In this document: piece by piece, positions 26,787 to 31,069 of the stretch
How the letters are laid out: each line of letters begins with the position of its first letter
How positions within the stretch are numbered: the first letter of the stretch is position 1
IMG/VR virus record: IMGVR_UViG_3300030116_002768
Span: 1 to 31,069 of that record
Source of the DNA: a virus
Taxonomy: Duplodnaviria; Caudoviricetes
Strand: one strand, 5' to 3'
Length of the DNA stretch: 31,069 nucleotides
Made by a program: the position numbers and the translations under genes
Notes under the pieces: model-generated
The model's input: only the letters and a program-made list of their open reading frames with translations
Told to the model about the DNA's origin: nothing
Databases searched by the model: none

Positions 26787-27380
26787 TTATGCAAATGGTG
26801 TTGCTAATGATCCGTCTCCGAAAGTAAAGCCATTCATTTGCCATACAGCTGTTGCACTGCCTTGTCCACCTGTTGCGATACCTAAACAATCTATTTCGCC
26901 ACCAACAAATCTACCTTTGGTGTCAGCGTCCATAGTCATTTTGTCATCATCAGATCCATCAGCGTGGAACTGTTTTAGACTAACTGTGCCAGGTGCATCT
27001 TTATCAGAAATGATAATAGTAGATGCAGCTGTAAAGATATCATTAGCAGAAGCACCATCGATTGAAAAAGTGCCTGTAAAAGTTGTGCCTATGATAAATT
27101 TAAATTTTAGGCCAGCCGCAGCAGTTGGTAAAGTTATTACAATACCTCCAGCTCTATTAAGTAAGTATGTAGTTCCAGTATCTGCCGCTGTTAAAGTTTT
27201 AGTAGCTGCAGTTATGTTTTCTACATCTGTTATCAAGTTATTTACACCAGCTGTTTGAGCTAGGTTACCACTTGAGTCAACAGTCAATTGATCCGTAATC
27301 GCACCAGTTGATGAGTTTTTAGATATTTGTTTAAAACCACCTTCTGATCTGACCGGACCGCTAAATGTTGAATTTGCCAT
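26787..27380 (-). CDS. Putative capsid decoration / head-fibre protein (197 aa)
   Basis: MANSTFSGPVRSEGGF start; TLTAADTG...ITLPTAAAGLKFKFI domain; first gene after the capsid terminator. Confidence 0.65.
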   Translation of the reverse strand: MANSTFSGPVRSEGGFKQISKNSSTGAITDQLTVDSSGNLAQTAGVNNLITDVENITAATKTLTAADTGTTYLLNRAGGIVITLPTAAAGLKFKFIIGTTFTGTFSIDGASANDIFTAASTIIISDKDAPGTVSLKQFHADGSDDDKMTMDADTKGRFVGGEIDCLGIATGGQGSATAVWQMNGFTFGDGSLATPFA

Positions 27381-27393
27381 ATAGGTCTCCTCT

Positions 27394-27463
27394 CCGCTAG
27401 CATAGTCTGAGACATTGTCTACTGCATGAGTCTACGCTAACTATTTTCAAATTATGCAGTATC
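27394..27463 (-). ncRNA. Pseudoknotted RNA element downstream of the major capsid gene; probably Mu-gpT-DE-like
   Basis: P1 UACUGCAU/AUGCAGUA (27454-61 with 27420-27); crossing stem GUUAGCGUAG/CUAUGCUAGC (27432-41 with 27396-405, two G-U pairs); three AGAC words. The location fits the Mu-gpT-DE motif, but the family name is unverified. Confidence 0.62.
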
Positions 27464-27466
27464 TTG

Positions 27467-27495
27467 AATATACGCTTTTAATATGGTGATTGCAA
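27467..27495 (-). promoter_or_regulatory. Putative sigma70-type promoter
   Basis: TTGCAA (27495-27490), 17-nt spacer, TATATT (27472-27467); would start transcription just before the structured leader. Confidence 0.6.
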
Positions 27496-27520
27496 ATAAA
27501 AAGGGGCGCCGAAGCGCCCC
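27494..27520 (-). terminator. Rho-independent terminator after the major capsid gene
   Basis: GGGGCGC-TTCG-GCGCCCC-TTTTTATTT: 7-bp GC stem, C(UUCG)G tetraloop and U tract. Confidence 0.95.
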
Positions 27521-27547
27521 TAATTAATAAGATTATTAAACTAAATC

Positions 27548-28453
27548 TTAACTTGATCCTGGTGAACCAAAGATACCTCTCCAGTCAGATACGCCGAAGC
27601 TGTATCTTTCTCTAGCTTTGTATCTCATGTTTCCTGTATCAAAATCACCTTCCATAGCAGTCTTTAAAGGTGCTCTTTGGAAGTGTTTTAATCCATTAGG
27701 AACATCAGTTTTGATAAAGAATGCGTTCGTGTCAGTTAGGAAGTTGTTGACCACAAAACCTTGTGGCATCATTCCCATTGACTGAACTGCATTAATATCA
27801 TTGTCAGAAGTACCAACTCTATTAGCTGTCTTAGTAAGACGCTCAGCTACGAATTGTAGGTCAGATGGTATAATTAGTTTCATACCACGAGCTGCAATTT
27901 TAAAGCCTCTCTCGTCTTGGAACTTACCAATAGCAATTAGTGATGCTTCCAATGATGTTTCGTTAAGGTCAGAAGCTGCAAGCTTATTAGACTGATCACC
28001 TGCGGCAACGGTAGGGTGATCTGTGTCGATCAAGAACTGTCCGTCTCCGAAAGTAGTCGTATCAAAAGCATTGTTTAAAATGTTCGCTGCTTTGATTTGT
28101 TTAGTCTGAGCCATAGATCTTGCTAGTGCTTTAGTGTAACGCTTAGCGATGCTGTCATACAGGTTATCCTCAACAGCTTCCTCAGTGATAGAGAAAGCGA
28201 GAGCAATTGTCTCGTGAGTATAACGTGCAGTGAAGTGCTCGTTCGCGTCATCGAAAGCCACAGCAGAACCCTCAGATTTTACTTGTGCTTCCCCGAAACC
28301 AGATAACATTACTTCTTCTTCAAAAGCTCTGTCACTTGTCTCAGTGTCGAAAATCTCTACGTGTTGATTTTCGTAGTTATTGTACTCAAGTCCGAATAAT
28401 GCATTCAGACCTGGCTCTAGCTCTTTTGCTAGTTGTTGTCTTGATATAGCCAT
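27548..28453 (-). CDS. Major capsid protein (Mu gpT-like family, HK97 fold)
   Basis: MAISRQQLAKELEPGLNALFGLEY, SDRAFEEEVMLSGFG, EEAVEDNLY, DFDTGNMRYKARERYSFG; AGGAGG RBS; followed by a strong terminator. Confidence 0.92.
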   Translation of the reverse strand: MAISRQQLAKELEPGLNALFGLEYNNYENQHVEIFDTETSDRAFEEEVMLSGFGEAQVKSEGSAVAFDDANEHFTARYTHETIALAFSITEEAVEDNLYDSIAKRYTKALARSMAQTKQIKAANILNNAFDTTTFGDGQFLIDTDHPTVAAGDQSNKLAASDLNETSLEASLIAIGKFQDERGFKIAARGMKLIIPSDLQFVAERLTKTANRVGTSDNDINAVQSMGMMPQGFVVNNFLTDTNAFFIKTDVPNGLKHFQRAPLKTAMEGDFDTGNMRYKARERYSFGVSDWRGIFGSPGSS

Positions 28454-28472
28454 TTTTTATGTCCTCCTGCTA

Positions 28473-29021
28473 TTAATTTAAATGCGCTGGTTCTGCAATG
28501 AACACTCTTAGTACATTGTGAACTCCAAACGAATTTCCTGGGGTTTTAGCGAGACCTAAGAACTTAACGCCAGTTAGAGTAGTACCTGAATCAGATACGT
28601 CAACTTCATCACCAGAAATACCAGTTGTAGTATTTCCTGAATGAGTTTCGTCGTGATCCATGTAAGTACCTACCATAGCTTGTGTTGCTGCGGTGTCGCC
28701 TTGAGCTTCGTACACTTGGTACGGATCGTCGTAAACGAAGCAATCTATATCTTTGTTTAGATCAACTCCGTCGTATTGGTTTTTAAACGTTGGTTTCCCT
28801 GTAGTTGGGTCGTCGTACTGAATCCCGTTGAAAACCATGAGACCTGCATCTCCAACAGCAGCATCTATGATACCACCACTTGCAAATTCTACCAGGTCAC
28901 CTTGGAACATTGTTGAACTTTCGCCATCTAAAATTGTATATTGCGAAAGTGCACCGTTGTCTGGGTTTCCGCCAACTTTACCACTAGGTCTAAAACCAAA
29001 AGGGGCATCTACATTTGCCAT
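28473..29021 (-). CDS. Capsid-associated (cement/minor capsid) protein
   Basis: MANVDAPFGFRP, FQGDLV, TTGKPTF, VYDDP and G.TTTGIS motifs; immediately upstream of the MCP with a strong RBS. Confidence 0.7.
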   Translation of the reverse strand: MANVDAPFGFRPSGKVGGNPDNGALSQYTILDGESSTMFQGDLVEFASGGIIDAAVGDAGLMVFNGIQYDDPTTGKPTFKNQYDGVDLNKDIDCFVYDDPYQVYEAQGDTAATQAMVGTYMDHDETHSGNTTTGISGDEVDVSDSGTTLTGVKFLGLAKTPGNSFGVHNVLRVFIAEPAHLN

Positions 29022-29077
29022 ATTTTGTTTCCTCCTTAAAGGGTTATTGTTAGCGGTGGATAGGAATAACTAAATAA

Positions 29078-29542
29078 TTAGTTTTTCTTTGTACCACCAA
29101 AAGTTACACGAGTCTGTCGATCTTGGTTGATCGGCATACTTGGGTGCTGTTCCTTCATAACATCGTTTTGTAAAGCCTCATTTCGATCAGTATTCATTTT
29201 TCTATAATACTCATCTCTCGACTTTGCGAGTTCTTCGGGCATCCTTGCCAGCACAAGGCCACCAACCCCGATCATCCCTGCGTATTTACCGTCAGCAATT
29301 TGAGGATAATCATAATCAGAATATTCGTCAGCTCTCACTAACTCCCATCCAGATTTGATTTGCGCTGCCATGTTTCCGGTATCTTGATACCCCATGACCT
29401 CTGCGCGTATCCATCTATGCACGTAACCGTCTGGCGCAGGCGGTGCGTCTAGTGTTGATGGAGGAGTCCATACTTTAGGCTTTTCGGTTTTAGCCCTAGT
29501 TTGACTCGCGCGGGAAGTTTTTTTAGTTTTTTTGTTTTCCAT
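29078..29542 (-). CDS. Conserved head-module protein (154 aa)
   Basis: WTPPSTLDAPPAPDGYVHRWIR, GWELVRADEY, IGVGGLVLARMPEE; lies between the scaffold and capsid genes. Confidence 0.75.
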   Translation of the reverse strand: MENKKTKKTSRASQTRAKTEKPKVWTPPSTLDAPPAPDGYVHRWIRAEVMGYQDTGNMAAQIKSGWELVRADEYSDYDYPQIADGKYAGMIGVGGLVLARMPEELAKSRDEYYRKMNTDRNEALQNDVMKEQHPSMPINQDRQTRVTFGGTKKN

Positions 29543-29546
29543 ATGC

Positions 29547-30536
29547 TTATGCCTCCTTCGCGATTAATTGTTTCGCATACTCTTCGAGTGGCACACCTAA
29601 TCTTTTAGCTATTGCTATCTGTGATGGTGTGAGTTTCACAGTTTTTCTGCGTCCTTTTTTGGCCGGACGTTTTGCACTTGCTACAGTTTGAGCAGGTTGC
29701 TCAACTGCGGTTTGCTCCACATTAGCAAATTTGTGTGGGAATTCAAGTCTTATTCGCTTATCAACCTCAGAATAATATTCATTTGATTGTGGATCATAAC
29801 CTTCCTCCTCTACAAGCTGCCTATGTATGTCAAAAGCTGTGTAAGTCATTGCATTATCAGTACCAAACCAAGTGTTTTTAGCTGACCAGTCTTGAGCTTT
29901 TGGGTCAATTTCTTGTGCAGCTTGATACAATTCTTGTGTTGTTGGAACTGCATTCATTGGTTGTTGCACTATTTGTTCTTGCGTTTGTGATGCTCTTTGT
30001 AGCTGTTGATCCTGATAATTCTTCAATTGAGTCAGTCTAGTTTCTTCCATAGCCATCTGTGCTATGGCTTTTTGAGCCTCGACCTGTCTGTCAACATCTT
30101 GTGCTTCGGTTGCCGATCTTAATTCTGCTTTTGCAGCAGCCATTCCAGCAGTAACTTTTTGCTCTAACTCTTTCGCATAGTTAGTTCCAAGTTTGTCATA
30201 CTGACCTTTAACTCTATCAGCTTGTTGTTTTAAAGTTTGTGCATACTGTATCGCCTCTTCTTTTTGCCTTTCGGCTTCACGCATTTTACGCGTTAGTTTT
30301 GCGATTCTTTTTTGAACACCTTCAGAATATTCTCCAAGCTCATCTTTTTGTTTGCTGTCTTGAACAACAGGCTGCTCACTAGATTCCTGAGATGCGTCAG
30401 CGGACTGACTATTGTCTTCAACTGTTTCAACATTGATTTCCTCCTCTAATGATTGTTCTGGTGCTGGAGCTTCAAGATCAATTTCTGTCTCTTGCTCGTT
30501 TTCTTCACCAGGTATTTCTACTTTATCTTCTAGCAT
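29547..30536 (-). CDS. Putative capsid scaffolding protein
   Basis: Acidic N-terminus, long coiled coil (YSEGVQKRIAKLTRKMREAER), C-terminal VKLTPSQIAIAKRLGVPLEEYAK; AGGAGG RBS. Confidence 0.78.
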   Translation of the reverse strand: MLEDKVEIPGEENEQETEIDLEAPAPEQSLEEEINVETVEDNSQSADASQESSEQPVVQDSKQKDELGEYSEGVQKRIAKLTRKMREAERQKEEAIQYAQTLKQQADRVKGQYDKLGTNYAKELEQKVTAGMAAAKAELRSATEAQDVDRQVEAQKAIAQMAMEETRLTQLKNYQDQQLQRASQTQEQIVQQPMNAVPTTQELYQAAQEIDPKAQDWSAKNTWFGTDNAMTYTAFDIHRQLVEEEGYDPQSNEYYSEVDKRIRLEFPHKFANVEQTAVEQPAQTVASAKRPAKKGRRKTVKLTPSQIAIAKRLGVPLEEYAKQLIAKEA

Positions 30537-30555
30537 AGTTAATTCCTCCTATGAA

Positions 30556-30990
30556 TTACATTGCGTGAATTAGATCTTTGGGATCGTCTATCGTCCCAAG
30601 AACTTCATCATCGTTTAACATTCTTATCTCACCACCATCAATATCCATTCTTGATCCTGCATATCTTGCAAAGATCACCCAATCTTTTGGTTTGCACCAT
30701 GGACCCGTTGGAAATTTATCTTCGTCTTTGTAACAAAGATCTCCCATCTTTAAAACATAACCAACCTGCACAGCAGATCTTGCTCTTTCCAATGTTTCTT
30801 GTGCTATTATTATACCGCCCTTTGTCTCTTCTTTAACTCTAAAAGGCATTATTAATAAACGCCATCCGGTAGGGTTTGGTAATTTTTCTAAATTTGTTTT
30901 TTCTGGTTCTTTCGTAGCCTCGTGTGCTCTTATTTTTTTTGCATCATCTTCGGCGTTGTATTTATTTTCTAATGCGTGTGACTTTGTCAT
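30556..30990 (-). CDS. groES: Phage GroES/Cpn10 co-chaperonin
   Basis: PTGWRLLI, EETKGGIII mobile loop, GYVLKMG, DWVIFARYAGSR, IRMLNDDEVLG. Confidence 0.9.
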   Translation of the reverse strand: MTKSHALENKYNAEDDAKKIRAHEATKEPEKTNLEKLPNPTGWRLLIMPFRVKEETKGGIIIAQETLERARSAVQVGYVLKMGDLCYKDEDKFPTGPWCKPKDWVIFARYAGSRMDIDGGEIRMLNDDEVLGTIDDPKDLIHAM

Positions 30991-31069
30991 CGTCGTTATT
31001 TGGCTCCTTTGGTTCTAGCAGGTTAGAGAGTTCCTGATTCATTAAATCGATCGCATGGATCTTACCTAT
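30962..31069 (-). CDS. 3' end of a small hypothetical gene (5' part outside the window)
   Basis: Hand translation ...IGKIHAIDLMNQELSNLLEPKEPNNDDDKVTRIRK*; overlaps the groES start and contains its AAGGAG RBS. Confidence 0.65.
   Translation of the reverse strand: MGKIHAIDLMNQELSNLLEPKEPNNDDDKVTRIRK

Noticed and set aside
27394-27463. HDV-like or hammerhead ribozyme
   Set aside because: The pseudoknot lacks the nested P3/P1.1 of HDV-like ribozymes and there is no CUGANGA core; kept only as a structured RNA.
493-30836. All plus-strand ORFs in the track
   Set aside because: They are antisense shadows of long, coupled minus-strand genes and show no recognisable motifs.
1-31069. tRNA genes, integrase, IS elements, introns or inteins
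   Set aside because: Intergenic gaps are too short apart from the post-capsid region, and I saw no such motifs by eye.

Overview
The whole window is the virion-morphogenesis and lysis module of a marine podovirus-like dsDNA phage, with every real gene on the minus strand and many coupled by TAATG or ATGA overlaps. Gene content and order resemble HTVC010P-type pelagiphages and uvMED-type phages; this is recognition from memory and the host cannot be read from the sequence. In transcription order (right to left): GroES co-chaperonin, scaffold, capsid-associated proteins, major capsid protein, a terminator plus promoter plus pseudoknotted leader RNA, two adaptor paralogs, about 10 kb of mosaic tail-fibre/receptor-binding genes (three S74 chaperones, C1q, glycine-rich adhesin), a P22 gp10-like nozzle, a zinc-ribbon protein, an HlyC-family (RTX toxin-activating) acyltransferase homolog, four putative ejection proteins, a holin-like protein and an M15 endolysin. 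The strongest candidate for an undescribed system is the HlyC-like acyltransferase, which is translationally coupled to three consecutive ejection proteins that all begin Met-Gly-Ser. This suggests phage-encoded fatty acylation of ejection proteins. Three of the four ejection proteins also carry a recurrent xxGG motif that separates small acidic modules and an AP2/HNH-like N-terminal cargo, suggesting processed polyproteins. Four genes missing from the ORF track were read by hand. All family assignments come from motif recognition; no searches were run.
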